Notes under the pieces: generated by a model | What the model saw: the letters and a program-made list of their open reading frames with translations, nothing else | Database searches by the model: none | What the model was told of the DNA's origin: nothing | Assembly: GCA_964561915.1 (NCBI GenBank) | Contig: CAZLQR010000005.1 | Location: 49,263-113,262, forward strand | Direction of reading: 5' to 3' | DNA length: 64,000 nt | Source of the DNA: an uncultured Gammaproteobacteria bacterium | Lineage (GTDB): Bacteria; Patescibacteriota; Microgenomatia; UBA1406; GWC2-37-13 | Shown here: positions 28,634-38,924 of the stretch, in pieces | Position numbering within the stretch: position 1 is the first letter of the stretch | Layout: each line of letters starts with the position of its first letter | Translations under genes and position numbers: made by a program

Positions 28634-29473
28634 ACGGATTGGCCCGTACGCATGCTCGAATGTGTGACGGTCGACAGGATTCTTCCCTTCCAGCTGTACT
28701 CCGGTGATTTCTTTTTGATCGTTCATACCTACGATTTTCAGTCTTTTTTTGACCCCGTCAATCGTGATAAATGTCCAGATCCCCGGCCAGGGATGGTACG
28801 CGCGGAATTTACGATACATCGCATCGGTGTCAGTGAGATCGTGTAAGTAACCGTCGTCTTTCTTCATGAGTTTCGTGTATGTGGGGTTCGCATGGTCCTG
28901 CCGTATCGAAGATATTTCCCGAATATTTCCCGAGTGAGAGATGATCGTATTCTTGAAAAGTGCATATCCGAGCGCGGCCAGATCCGTTTCAAGCTGGCCG
29001 CGCATCTCCCCGTCGTGTATCGCGTATTCCGCCTGAGCGATGATTGGTCCGTGATCCATCTGATCGTCCATGAGTATGAGGGTGACGCCGGTCACGGCGT
29101 CACCCGAGAGGAGTGGGCCGGCCATCGGGGCCGGCCCCCGATACTTCGGCAACAGTGACGGATGGATATTCCAGAATCCGTATTTCGGCTCTCCGAGAAC
29201 TTCCTTCGGTATCATACGGCCGTATGCGAATAAGAGTGCGATATCCGTATTCTCCGGAATATCGCCGATATCGTAGGACACGGGGATCCCGCGACCTACA
29301 GCCGTGCGCTCTACGGGAGATGTGGTGATCTCCTGCCGGCGCCCGGCTTTCTTGGGAGATTGCGTGATCACACGGGTCACGGTGACAGGAATTTCTGCAT
29401 CTTCCAACAGCTGTTTCAGGAATTGGGCCGAAAAATCTGGAGTGCCATAATACACAACGCGAAGCTTGTCCAT
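28616..29473 (-). CDS. fmt: Methionyl-tRNA formyltransferase
   Basis: VVYYGTPDFS, NIHPSLLPKYRGPAPM, C-terminal Fmt domain. Confidence 0.88.
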   Translation of the reverse strand: MDKLRVVYYGTPDFSAQFLKQLLEDAEIPVTVTRVITQSPKKAGRRQEITTSPVERTAVGRGIPVSYDIGDIPENTDIALLFAYGRMIPKEVLGEPKYGFWNIHPSLLPKYRGPAPMAGPLLSGDAVTGVTLILMDDQMDHGPIIAQAEYAIHDGEMRGQLETDLAALGYALFKNTIISHSGNIREISSIRQDHANPTYTKLMKKDDGYLHDLTDTDAMYRKFRAYHPWPGIWTFITIDGVKKRLKIVGMNDQKEITGVQLEGKNPVDRHTFEHAYGPIRSYSKK

Positions 29474-29492
29474 ACTGGTTTATTGTAGCAGG

Positions 29493-29744
29493 TCATTCGC
29501 CATCACCAGCTTGTGACTGCTGCTGGAAGTAGTTGGTGAGTTCCTGTTTCTGTTCCTCGGTAAGCGTTGGCTCAACAGTGCGGAAATATTCTTCGAAGTA
29601 CTCCCGGCTTGCGTCCATCATCTTTGCCGCCATCATCTTGTCATATGCCTCCGCAAGCTCCTCCGCATGGGCCTCCCGATCACCCTCGTACCCGACGATA
29701 TTGAGTATCCCGAGCATGAATTGAATTAGTGCTTCGTTTTTCAT
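29493..29744 (-). CDS. Small acidic hypothetical protein
   Basis: 83-aa ORF that directly abuts the upstream small gene (no gap). No recognisable motif. Confidence 0.4.
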   Translation of the reverse strand: MKNEALIQFMLGILNIVGYEGDREAHAEELAEAYDKMMAAKMMDASREYFEEYFRTVEPTLTEEQKQELTNYFQQQSQAGDGE

Positions 29745-30011
29745 TTATTTTTTTTGTTTATACAGCCTTTGCTCTCTGCAAGAGATGAATCCTGCTAAAG
29801 CAGTGAGTCCGATTGCTGATCCTTGTCCCAATAGACCCGCAGGCGTGAAAGTGATCGAATCTGAACTGATAAGTGTCGCCACTGTTGCAGTAAATGTTGC
29901 GGCAATAGGCACAATGTTAGACGCTAACTCACGCAATCTTGCGAGTGCACTTCGAGACGCCACGGTGGTTGGCTCGTTTTCTTTAATTTCTCCAACAGCA
30001 GTTTCACTCAT
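29745..30011 (-). CDS. Small membrane hypothetical protein
   Basis: 88 aa with two hydrophobic segments (IVPIAATFTATVATLI, AIGLTALAGFI). Confidence 0.4.
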   Translation of the reverse strand: MSETAVGEIKENEPTTVASRSALARLRELASNIVPIAATFTATVATLISSDSITFTPAGLLGQGSAIGLTALAGFISCREQRLYKQKK

Positions 30012-30045
30012 GGGTTAATTATACACAACATGGTATACTCATGTC

Positions 30046-30504
30046 ATGGTTACCGTCTTCGTGGGAGCCGATCACCGGGGGTTCGAGTACAAGAATGAGA
30101 TCATCGAATACCTTCATGAAAAAGACATCCGGGTGGAAGACCTGGGAGCGTACGAGCTCAATCCAGATGATGATTTCCCTGATTTTGCATTCAAAGTGGC
30201 GCAGGCGGTGCAGCAAAATCCTGCGGAGTTCCTTGGCGTACTCATATGCGGAGGCGGCGGGATGGAGATCACGGCAAACAGACTCAAAAAAGTCCGGTGC
30301 GCGCTCGGATTCAATTCAGAACAGGTCAAGCATGTCAAAGAGAACGACCATGTAAATGTACTTGCTATACCGTCCGATTATATCGACATCGAAACGGCCA
30401 AACAGTTCGTCGATATCTTCATCGAGACTCCGCTGAAAAAAGAGGAAAAATATCTTCGCCGCGTCAAGAAGCACGACGAGGTCCCGTCCGAACCCATTTC
30501 TTGA
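30046..30504 (+). CDS. rpiB: Ribose-5-phosphate isomerase B (RpiB/LacAB family)
   Basis: VFVGADHRGFEYKNEII and VLICGGGGMEITANR motifs. Confidence 0.88.
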   Translation: MVTVFVGADHRGFEYKNEIIEYLHEKDIRVEDLGAYELNPDDDFPDFAFKVAQAVQQNPAEFLGVLICGGGGMEITANRLKKVRCALGFNSEQVKHVKENDHVNVLAIPSDYIDIETAKQFVDIFIETPLKKEEKYLRRVKKHDEVPSEPIS

Positions 30505-32986
30505 ACTCGTCTCCCTTCTCCTCGAAGTTTTTCCAGATACTGTGGCTGGGCGAAGCCGTTGATAGCAAACAAACCGCGCCTTTTGAAGTGTTCTGATATG
30601 CGAATGCGACTGCATCTTCCATCCGCGACGTGTCAAGGAAGCGGATGTGCGGCGGCCGGGATCGGAAGATCCGGCCGCCGCTCGTGGGGAACAGCACGAC
30701 ATTCTGGATTCTTGATGTCAGGATAGCTTGCTCCAGGGCGGTAAAGTCGTACCCTCTGTCTTTACCGCCCAGGAAAATCGTCTCAGTGTCCGGAAGCGCC
30801 CGAAGCGCTGCAATCGTCGATTCGGGCGTTGTCGAGATCGCATCGTCATAAAATCTAATTCCCTGGTATTCCCCCACAAACTCCAGCCTGTGCGGTAGAG
30901 GTCTGAATGTCGTGACGGACTGTCTGATGATATCGTCTGTGATACCCAACAGGCGCGCCGCAGCGGTGGCGGCGCGCACGTTATCCTCGTTATGTACACC
31001 TAAGAGCGGCAGCTTCAGTCCGGTCAAAATATCCGCATCCGCAAACGGGATGCGCTTCGCGGCCGCGGTGCGGATATGGTCTGCGACACGCGGGGAATCA
31101 TTGTTATACACAAGCATGTCGGACGGACGCTGATACCGGAACAACGATTCCTTAGCCGCATAATACTGATCCACACTTCCGTGGTAATCCATGTGTTCGG
31201 GGTACAGATTGAGGAAAACGGCAATCCGCGGCGAATACGCCAGATCTTCCAGCTGATAGCTGGATAGCTCTATGACAAAAAGAGCCTCGTCATCGTAAGG
31301 CTCCAGGAGCGCGCCGAGCATCGGCGCGCCGATATTCCCTACGAGCCGCACGTCTTTCCCTGCCGATTCCAGGATATGAGCAATGAGCGCCGCAGTCGTA
31401 CTCTTCCCTTTCGTACCGGTGATGCCGATCGTCATATTTTTCTCAACGGCGGCGAAGAACAAATTTGATGCGGTCGTATATTGAATATGGACGTTGCGCT
31501 TCGGGATTCCGGGTGTCTTGAGGGCAATATCATATGAGTCCTGGACGGCGAGATATGCATCTCCTTCCGTCTGGTCCGACACGCCAAGGGGTAAATCCGG
31601 TTTCGTCTGTTTGAGGAATTTCTCCGTCACTTTCCCTTCCGTACCATACCCGAGTACGAGCGCATTCTTCATGCCGGAGAAAACGAACTCGGAAGGAATC
31701 AGACGGGAAATATGTGTATTCCGGATTTCCTTGAGTGCTTCCGGATTGATTGTCTCATGCTTTGACAACGCGCTTACGACGGCGCTGCCGGCCCAGCGGG
31801 GTGCGGCGGCGGCGAATGCCGCCGCCGCCTCATCAAACGTACCGACACAGTCAAACGGTTTCATCTCTCCAAGGCCAAGCACGTCCCGGAAAACCGGCAC
31901 GAGAGCCGGGTCATCGAACATATCGGTCCCGAAAATGGCGGTTACCTTATCTCTGGGCAGATGTGTCGCCAGCATGAGGAACATGAACGCGCATTTGGCG
32001 CACCTGCAGCACCACCTGCGCTGATCCGTCCCCTTCTCAACCGTGAAATTCCTGTTACAGCTGGAGAAAACGGGGAAATATTGTTCATACCGGGCAAACA
32101 GTTCCGATATCCGGTATTCATAAAACGGCCGGAGCAATGAGAAATACCGAATGTCCGTGGTGATGAATGACCGGAGATAATCCGCAAGGAGCCCCTCGAA
32201 TTCCTGCGACTTGCTCCACTGGTGGTTGACAGTCATTCCCCGGTACTCAACATTGCCGAAGTTACTGCTGTACTCGTTGCCGACGATGACCGACCGGAAA
32301 CCGTACAATGCTGCAGCCGCAATACCGAGAAATGCAAAGATGCCGGATGCGGGGACGTGCCCGTTGAATGACTCGGGTAACTTCTCGAGAAGCTGCGGAT
32401 CAAGCTCTCTGACAATCCGGAGATGATTGAGTCCCGACACATCAACGACATCATCGATGACCGCCGGACTCAACTTCTGGTATTGTATATAAAATGTGGA
32501 CGGCGTATAGCCGACTTCCCTGATGAGTTCGCACACGACCGCAGAATCCTTACCGCCCCCCAACCCGATCAGTACCGAATCGTGGGGAACATCGGCTTCG
32601 AGAGGTTTGACTTCCAGGTCAGATGACGGGAACTCCGCGACTATCTCCGGATCGAGATTGTTGCGGTACAGGAACTCTCCCAAACCATTCCTATAGACCG
32701 TGTTCCAAAACACCGCTTGCTCATGATTGAGCTTGTATGGAAGCTCCAGATGAGGAGGACAATACGTTTTGTAGTAGCTGATCCCGAGCATGAGATGGAC
32801 GTTCTGGAAAATACGGTCAAGAAGAGGTTTTGATACATTTCTTTGTACATTCTGCTGAGGGAATCGCACCGTTTCGGTGAAGGAGATCTGATCCGCATCA
32901 TCGAACGTTACGGCATACGTCAACGATAATTCCGAAGAAGTCGTATTGAACGTATATGAAGTAAACTCAAACGACTGAGCTTTCAT
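30464..32986 (-). CDS. murD: Fusion protein: N-terminal PP-loop (GGGKDS) + Cys-cluster domain, C-terminal MurD-type UDP-MurNAc-L-Ala:Glu ligase
   Basis: - C-terminal half matches MurD end to end (VLGYGTEGK.., GITGTKGKSTT, ELSSYQLE, LNLYPEHMDYH, GVHNEDN, PHRLEF, DDAISTTPEST, LGGKDRGYDF).
- N-terminal ~400 aa carry LIGLGGGKDSAV and CNRN..WCCRCAKCAF. Confidence 0.75.
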   Translation of the reverse strand: MKAQSFEFTSYTFNTTSSELSLTYAVTFDDADQISFTETVRFPQQNVQRNVSKPLLDRIFQNVHLMLGISYYKTYCPPHLELPYKLNHEQAVFWNTVYRNGLGEFLYRNNLDPEIVAEFPSSDLEVKPLEADVPHDSVLIGLGGGKDSAVVCELIREVGYTPSTFYIQYQKLSPAVIDDVVDVSGLNHLRIVRELDPQLLEKLPESFNGHVPASGIFAFLGIAAAALYGFRSVIVGNEYSSNFGNVEYRGMTVNHQWSKSQEFEGLLADYLRSFITTDIRYFSLLRPFYEYRISELFARYEQYFPVFSSCNRNFTVEKGTDQRRWCCRCAKCAFMFLMLATHLPRDKVTAIFGTDMFDDPALVPVFRDVLGLGEMKPFDCVGTFDEAAAAFAAAAPRWAGSAVVSALSKHETINPEALKEIRNTHISRLIPSEFVFSGMKNALVLGYGTEGKVTEKFLKQTKPDLPLGVSDQTEGDAYLAVQDSYDIALKTPGIPKRNVHIQYTTASNLFFAAVEKNMTIGITGTKGKSTTAALIAHILESAGKDVRLVGNIGAPMLGALLEPYDDEALFVIELSSYQLEDLAYSPRIAVFLNLYPEHMDYHGSVDQYYAAKESLFRYQRPSDMLVYNNDSPRVADHIRTAAAKRIPFADADILTGLKLPLLGVHNEDNVRAATAAARLLGITDDIIRQSVTTFRPLPHRLEFVGEYQGIRFYDDAISTTPESTIAALRALPDTETIFLGGKDRGYDFTALEQAILTSRIQNVVLFPTSGGRIFRSRPPHIRFLDTSRMEDAVAFAYQNTSKGAVCLLSTASPSHSIWKNFEEKGDEFKKWVRTGPRRAS

Positions 32987-33390
32987 ACGGGTTTATTATT
33001 AACAAGTGCGTCCGCGATGGTGTTCTCTTCCCGGTATATATGCGTGTACGTGACCGGAATATTGAGATCCGATTCGAGCATCCGGATCTTCATGATGAAA
33101 TCCCTGATGAAAGCGTTTTTCACCTTGAACGATCCGTTCAGCTGACTGACGACCAGAAGTGAATCTACTTTGAATTCAATTTTGTCAAAATGCGTTCCTT
33201 CTGTTTGATACTTCTGCGCTTTCTCAAGCGCCCGCACTACCGCCGTATATTCTGCCGCGTTATTGGTCGCGATCCCCAGATCTTCTCGGTAATACTCCAA
33301 TTTTTTCCCGTCCAGATACATAGCAATCCCGATGGCTGCCGGACCGGGATTGCCCTTGGACCCTCCGTCCGTATTGATCGTAAGCGTCAT
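32983..33390 (-). CDS. rnhA: Ribonuclease HI-family protein
   Basis: TINTDGGSKGNPGPAAIG, AEYTAVVRALE, DSLLVVSQLNG, N..ADALV. ATGA overlap with the downstream fusion gene. Confidence 0.8.
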   Translation of the reverse strand: MTLTINTDGGSKGNPGPAAIGIAMYLDGKKLEYYREDLGIATNNAAEYTAVVRALEKAQKYQTEGTHFDKIEFKVDSLLVVSQLNGSFKVKNAFIRDFIMKIRMLESDLNIPVTYTHIYREENTIADALVNNKPV

Positions 33391-33420
33391 ACTCCTCTTA
33401 TTGTAGCACGGGAAATACCG

Positions 33421-34524
33421 TTACGACGCCAGACTCAAAGCGCAGTATTCCGCCCCGTCGCCTGCCCCGACAAACCCCTTGATCTCCAGTGTTGACAGTG
33501 CAGTGAGAACGAGGGAGACAGGGAGACCCGACTCCGTGACAATGTCGTCGATGAGCATGGACTGTCGCAGGAGGAGCTGATATACGGCTCGCTCCTCCTG
33601 CGACAAATCCGGTGGTATCTCCATGCTGACTTTCGGGAGCGGTTTGAGGTTGAACTCCTCTAGGATATCGTTTGCGGAAGTGGCGAGGCGGGCGCCCGCA
33701 TTGATGAGCATATGGGGCGCCCGGGAGAGATCGCTCGTGATGAGACCCGGCACTGCGAATACTTCCCTCCCTCCGTCGAGTGCACAATGAGCGCTTATGA
33801 GAGCGCCGGACCGTTCGGCACCTTCGACGACAAGCAGGCCGCGAGAGATACCCGCAATGATCCTGTTGCGCGATACGAATAATCCTTTGTCTGCGCGCAT
33901 ACCGGGAGGAAACTCGGAGATGATGAGTCCTCCGCCGTCTGCAACTTCGTGATACAGACGGCGGTTGAGTGCGGGGTAGACGATGTCTACCCCGCTCCCC
34001 AGCACGATGACGGTACGGCCGCCCCGCGCAAGGCACGCCTTGTGGGCGGCCGTATCTATACCTTGTGCCATACCGGATACGATCACCATGCCGGCGCGGG
34101 TCAGATCACCAGCAAGCCGCGCCGCCGCTCCCCTCCCGTACGAGCTCGGTCTTCGCGTCCCGACGACGGCGAACAGGAAGTCTTTCTCGAGATCTATCCG
34201 CTTCGGGTCGCCGATGCAGTAGAGACAGATGGGAGGATCGGCGATCGTTAGGAGTCGCGCCGGATACGAGGGATCCGAACGGGAGATCACATAAATGCCG
34301 CGCCTGCAAATTGAGTCGTACAATTCATACGGGTCATTGGCGGCGCGAAACGCAAGCACGAGATCCGACTTATGAAGTCCTATCACATCCCTTAGTTCAC
34401 TCCGGCCGGCGCGATACGCCGCCTGTGCAGTACCGAAATGCCTGGTGAGAGCAGTATATGCGAGTGGTCCAACTCCCGTCATGTGCGAAAACGCCGTACT
34501 ATACGGCTTTTCGTCTCCGTTCAT
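33421..34524 (-). CDS. dprA: DNA-processing protein DprA/Smf
   Basis: AVVGTRRPSSYG...VIVSGMAQGIDTAAHKACL Rossmann core, plus a C-terminal winged-helix-like tail. Confidence 0.9.
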   Translation of the reverse strand: MNGDEKPYSTAFSHMTGVGPLAYTALTRHFGTAQAAYRAGRSELRDVIGLHKSDLVLAFRAANDPYELYDSICRRGIYVISRSDPSYPARLLTIADPPICLYCIGDPKRIDLEKDFLFAVVGTRRPSSYGRGAAARLAGDLTRAGMVIVSGMAQGIDTAAHKACLARGGRTVIVLGSGVDIVYPALNRRLYHEVADGGGLIISEFPPGMRADKGLFVSRNRIIAGISRGLLVVEGAERSGALISAHCALDGGREVFAVPGLITSDLSRAPHMLINAGARLATSANDILEEFNLKPLPKVSMEIPPDLSQEERAVYQLLLRQSMLIDDIVTESGLPVSLVLTALSTLEIKGFVGAGDGAEYCALSLAS

Positions 34525-34558
34525 GCCGCGTTATTGTACCATATAGTACAATAAGTCA

Positions 34559-35242
34559 ATGGACATTTTCCCCTCGTGCCTGGCTCCGACCGGCGAACAA
34601 TTTGAGAATGATCTGAACAAACTGCTTCCTCATTTCCCTACGATGCAGGTCGATATCGCAGATAATATACTCGTCACCGGACAGACACTCACTACCTTTG
34701 AGGCTCTGCAAAAGCTTGCCTCCAATCCTCACAGTGCTGATCACACATTTGATTTTCATCTCATGGTCAGGGACTTCATGCCCGACCTCAGGCTCATTCA
34801 GGATGCCGATTCTAGGCTACATATACGTTTCGCGCTTCTTCATCACGCAGCGGATCCTGCGCCGGATCTTTTCACGAAACAATCACACCGTTTCGGACTC
34901 GGATTGGTCATCAATCCCGATGAAACAGTAGATACTATAATCCAACGCTATCCGATTAATAGTATACCGATAATTCAATTGATGACCGTTGTTCCTGGTG
35001 CTCAAGGGAGGGCTTTCATACCTGATGTGCTTAATAAAATTGAACAGTTAAAAACTCATAACTATAGGGGTCTTATCATGCTGGACGGCGGTATCAACGA
35101 CCAGTCATTGCCGATCATACTCAAACAACGCTTCCGTCCGGATGCAGTCTGTCCGGGAAGCTACTTCACCGGTGTCGCGGATGTCCTACGAAACAAACAG
35201 CGGCTTCTTGATATGCTCGAATCCGTATCACGGAAGGAATAG
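34559..35242 (+). CDS. Divergent ribulose-phosphate 3-epimerase-like TIM-barrel protein
   Basis: Rpe-like order of motifs: QVDIADN (canonical HVDVMDG), FDFHLMV, INPDE, MTVVPGAQG, LDGGIN. Confidence 0.5.
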   Translation: MDIFPSCLAPTGEQFENDLNKLLPHFPTMQVDIADNILVTGQTLTTFEALQKLASNPHSADHTFDFHLMVRDFMPDLRLIQDADSRLHIRFALLHHAADPAPDLFTKQSHRFGLGLVINPDETVDTIIQRYPINSIPIIQLMTVVPGAQGRAFIPDVLNKIEQLKTHNYRGLIMLDGGINDQSLPIILKQRFRPDAVCPGSYFTGVADVLRNKQRLLDMLESVSRKE

Positions 35243-36952
35243 TCCCAAAAGAAGCGGATTTTTGAATGTCTCAACGACATCTCTCCAGTCCCACATGCCA
35301 TCGGTGTTGAAATCAAGCGGAAGTAGTGGCTTGAACTGTACGGTATTGACGCCTTTCTGAATCGTCACATATTCCTGTCGCGGCAGATAATATTTCGTGA
35401 GAATCACCATCCGGTACGTACCTCCGATATATACATTCTTCACCTTCGATACGAAACCCTCCCCCTGGAGACGCTTCAGCCCTTTTTTTCGGAAAACGAG
35501 CCGTTCATCGTCGTCAAACAGCTGGATTTCATAATCCCGGTCCTTCTTGGCACGGATACGGGGGAACAGCTGTGCCTTGAACCGGATGTCCGGAAGCGGA
35601 TAGATGCGAAAATCAAACGGTTTGCCTTTGATGATTGATGTTTCGTCCTGATAGAGCGCAATTGATACTTTGCGGGCGGGAATATTGGAAGACGTATCGA
35701 GCGTGAATGTGACATTTTGTGTCTCTCCCGGCTTCAATACATTCAGGTCCGAAAACGAATAGTCGCCGACCGGTGTATCCGCATCGATCCGGTATCCGTC
35801 GCTCTTGCTCCAGATTGCCTGGCCGTCATTCTTCACTGCAACGGTGAACTCATACCGCGAATCCGTGAGGAGCTCCTCCGGGATTGTGTAACGGAGCGAT
35901 CCGGCCTGTATCTGCTCCGGCTTGCCCGATACCTTGCGGGTGTTCTGAATCATATAGTAATGGGGGTAAAAATCTGCGGCATTCTGCTTTTGCCACGAGA
36001 AAGAGAGGAATGGCTGCGACTGGTAATTGAGGATGAATGGCGTCGCAGCCCTCACCCGGTCGTCCGACTCCCACGACTGAAAAGCCGTCTGTGTATACGC
36101 TCCGATCGTACCGGAAGAATATGTATCGTTTTTCCATCCCGTTTCCGTGATGAAAACGGGGAGTTCTTTGTCTATCCCCAAACCGCGCAGGAGCTGGAGC
36201 TCCCATTCATAGTTCCGGATTGAGTTGCGCCCCGTCGCATAGGGACTCCCCGCGAATCCGGGATTCGGGTACGAGTGAGATGCGAGGCCGTCTATGTATC
36301 GGTATGTCTTACGCAATTGATCCTGTATATCAGTAAAGTACCGTTCCTGGTCATAGTAACGGGGCGGCTCCATAGGAGCCGCCGAATCGAAGCCCGCCAG
36401 CATCACGAAGAAGTCCGGGGACGTCTCCTTGAGCCGACGGGCAAACTGTGCGGAAATATCTATGAAACTCGTCGGGTCGGCTTCGCCTCCCCACTCCTGT
36501 CCGTGATTCGGTTCGTTGAAGAGCACAATATATCGCTCCTTCACGACCCAGCGGAGCGAATCCAGGAATCGTACCCACTCAGCGATGTCGTCATCATCGG
36601 GCCGCTGCCAGGAATCACCAACGGGCTGCGTGGCGATTCGGACGATCGGAATCAGTTTGAGTTCCCGCATTGTGTCAAACGTTTCCTGCCATTTCTGGAC
36701 ATTCCTGTCATTTTGCTGGATGACAACAGTAGTGTATCCCCATGCGCCGCCGCCGCTGTTGACCAGTCCCTGTGCAGACTTCAGATCTTCTTTGCTTACG
36801 GTCGCAAGATGAATACCGTATATATTGTTTTCTTCTGCAAAAATGCGCTGCGGGAACACGAAAAGAAGGAGTGTTCCGCATAGCATGAAACATTTCGCGC
36901 GGCGGATGATTTTTGGATATAATGCTAGGATGCGTAATCGATACTTCCTCAT
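35228..36952 (-). CDS. Secreted clan GH-A (GH5-like) glycoside hydrolase with C-terminal beta-sandwich region
   Basis: Signal-like N-terminus. LFNEPNH (acid/base) and FITETGW (nucleophile) motifs. The start may instead be the Met at 36886, because 36952 overlaps the divergent gene. Confidence 0.6.
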   Translation of the reverse strand: MRKYRLRILALYPKIIRRAKCFMLCGTLLLFVFPQRIFAEENNIYGIHLATVSKEDLKSAQGLVNSGGGAWGYTTVVIQQNDRNVQKWQETFDTMRELKLIPIVRIATQPVGDSWQRPDDDDIAEWVRFLDSLRWVVKERYIVLFNEPNHGQEWGGEADPTSFIDISAQFARRLKETSPDFFVMLAGFDSAAPMEPPRYYDQERYFTDIQDQLRKTYRYIDGLASHSYPNPGFAGSPYATGRNSIRNYEWELQLLRGLGIDKELPVFITETGWKNDTYSSGTIGAYTQTAFQSWESDDRVRAATPFILNYQSQPFLSFSWQKQNAADFYPHYYMIQNTRKVSGKPEQIQAGSLRYTIPEELLTDSRYEFTVAVKNDGQAIWSKSDGYRIDADTPVGDYSFSDLNVLKPGETQNVTFTLDTSSNIPARKVSIALYQDETSIIKGKPFDFRIYPLPDIRFKAQLFPRIRAKKDRDYEIQLFDDDERLVFRKKGLKRLQGEGFVSKVKNVYIGGTYRMVILTKYYLPRQEYVTIQKGVNTVQFKPLLPLDFNTDGMWDWRDVVETFKNPLLLGLFLP

Positions 36953-38924
36953 ATTTTTGATTTCAGTCGGTCTTATTTATATTCATAATGTAACCCGCGA
37001 TATCTATAGCGGGGATGTTGGTGACATCGTCACGTCGGCGTGCACCTGGGGCGTGCCTCACCCGACCGGATACCCGCTGATTACATTTCTTGGCAACATT
37101 CTGTGCCATACGATCACATTCATTCCCCCGGTCACGCGCGTAGCCCTGATCAGCGTCTTCGCATCGCTTGCAACAGTCGCACTCATCGCCCATTTCGCGT
37201 ATCGGGAGACAAAAAACATATTCATCGCGCTTGTTACCGCTTCCGTACTGGCGTTTTCTCATCTGTTTTGGTTTCACGCGGAGATTCCGGAGGTGTTCGG
37301 TCTCCATCACCTGTTCGTTGTTTCAACGCTCTATACGTATTACCTATTTTATCAGACGAAAACGGTCCGGTCGCTCGCCGTGTTCGCCTTCGTGTTTGGA
37401 CTTTCCCTCACCCATCATCACACCATACTACTGTTGGGACCCGCGTGCGCAATATTGTTCATTCCGCGGATCAAGACCGTCTGGAAACTGCGTACCAATT
37501 GGGTACCTGTCGCCGCTACATTCGTCGCAGGATTGCTCCCATACCTCTATGTGCCCTTTGCGGCTTCGTTCCAGCCCGTCATCAACTGGGGGAACGGATA
37601 TACTCTGCAAAATTTTATGGGAATACTGCAGCGCAAAGCCTATGGAGGCTTTGCGCCCGGCGTGGACAACGGCATTCCCGTCGCAGTGAAAATGGCGGTC
37701 ATGAGCGATTATTTTGATACACTCGTCACGAATTTTTCCTGGCAGATCATTTTCGTCGCAGCTGTCGGACTTTTTTATATGGTCCGCAATAAGAAGAGGA
37801 CGCTCGCGGCGAGTTTGGCAACCGCCTGGCTCGTGTCCGGGCCGCTCTTTGTCTCGTATGCGAGTACGTTTTACACGACGACGACATCGATCGGCATCAT
37901 CGAACGGTTTTATACCATGTCATACATCCCATTTGTCATGACGCTCCCGTTCGGATTCTTATCCATCTTCAAAATCCTGAGAAAAATGTTCTCCCGAAAA
38001 CTCTATGCGTATATTCTCCTCTCCTATTTCCTCATCGTGCCTGCGATGCAGCTGTACTACAATTTCCCCAAGACCGATCTTTCCCGGACACAGCGGGGTA
38101 ATGACCTTGCCCGGGATATTCTCAACAATCTGCCGCCAAACACGGTGCTGTTCGTATCCGGTGACACGGTGAGTTTTAACGTGTGGTATGCCCGATTCGT
38201 ACTCGGGATGCGACCGGATGTCGACATCGTCAATCCTCCCAGTGTCGGCGGCAACACATTCATCGATGCAGCGGTGAATGAATATCGAACCGCCAACCCT
38301 GCAGTACCGCTCGAGAAGGTATTCGTGAAAACAATGCAGAATATCCACGAAAAACGCCCCATATACGCCACTTATGTTGCGCCGATCGGACTACCCGGTG
38401 TGACATTCATCCCTATGGGATTGACGTATAAAGTTGTCAAAAATGACAAGATTCCTGACAAGCAACAGTATATTGACGATGTGGAGCGCCTATTGCAAGC
38501 GCTGAAGCGTCCGCGACGCGAAACGGCAACGCTCGCGGAGCGGAATATGGTCGCAGGCGAAATCCCCCTCATTTACTCCAATGGCCTCGTCCATATCGGC
38601 GACTTCGTGGATAGTCACTATAAAAGCGCGGCGGAAGCGGAGTGGTACTACCGCCGCGCCCTCTGGATGGATCCGGAGAATCCGTCCGCATATGCGGGAT
38701 TGTCGCTCGTGCTGTTCAAGGCGTATAAAGACTGTAATCAGTCGCCTGCAATGATGAAAGAAGCTATCGGGATATATCCTGTCTGGCATACGTATTATGA
38801 CCAGCTGTATATCATCAATGCGAAGTGCGGCATATCAAACGATGATCTCGTCGATCAGTTCCGCCGGATGTTCCGGGACGACCTTGCAAAACGTGTCAAA
38901 AAACAGTACCCTAAGGCCTTGTGA
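36930..38924 (+). CDS. DUF2723 (TMEM260-like, GT-C fold) membrane glycosyltransferase with C-terminal TPR
   Basis: GDVGDIVTSACTWGVPHPTGYPL hallmark, about 10 TM helices, TPR-like tail (AEWYYRRALWMDPENPSAYAGLSLV). Confidence 0.65.
   Translation: MRNRYFLIFLISVGLIYIHNVTRDIYSGDVGDIVTSACTWGVPHPTGYPLITFLGNILCHTITFIPPVTRVALISVFASLATVALIAHFAYRETKNIFIALVTASVLAFSHLFWFHAEIPEVFGLHHLFVVSTLYTYYLFYQTKTVRSLAVFAFVFGLSLTHHHTILLLGPACAILFIPRIKTVWKLRTNWVPVAATFVAGLLPYLYVPFAASFQPVINWGNGYTLQNFMGILQRKAYGGFAPGVDNGIPVAVKMAVMSDYFDTLVTNFSWQIIFVAAVGLFYMVRNKKRTLAASLATAWLVSGPLFVSYASTFYTTTTSIGIIERFYTMSYIPFVMTLPFGFLSIFKILRKMFSRKLYAYILLSYFLIVPAMQLYYNFPKTDLSRTQRGNDLARDILNNLPPNTVLFVSGDTVSFNVWYARFVLGMRPDVDIVNPPSVGGNTFIDAAVNEYRTANPAVPLEKVFVKTMQNIHEKRPIYATYVAPIGLPGVTFIPMGLTYKVVKNDKIPDKQQYIDDVERLLQALKRPRRETATLAERNMVAGEIPLIYSNGLVHIGDFVDSHYKSAAEAEWYYRRALWMDPENPSAYAGLSLVLFKAYKDCNQSPAMMKEAIGIYPVWHTYYDQLYIINAKCGISNDDLVDQFRRMFRDDLAKRVKKQYPKAL

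Noticed and set aside
33398-34036. 212-aa Arg-rich ORF in another frame of the dprA region; similar alternative-frame ORFs at 23502..24203 and 24591..25241
   Set aside because: They overlap well-supported genes. Their extreme Arg/His/Gly content is typical of off-frame translation of GC-richer coding DNA.
36825-36929. 35-codon N-terminal extension of the DUF2723 gene
   Set aside because: It is basic and non-hydrophobic, and it overlaps the divergent GH5-like gene. The first TM helix follows the Met at 36930.
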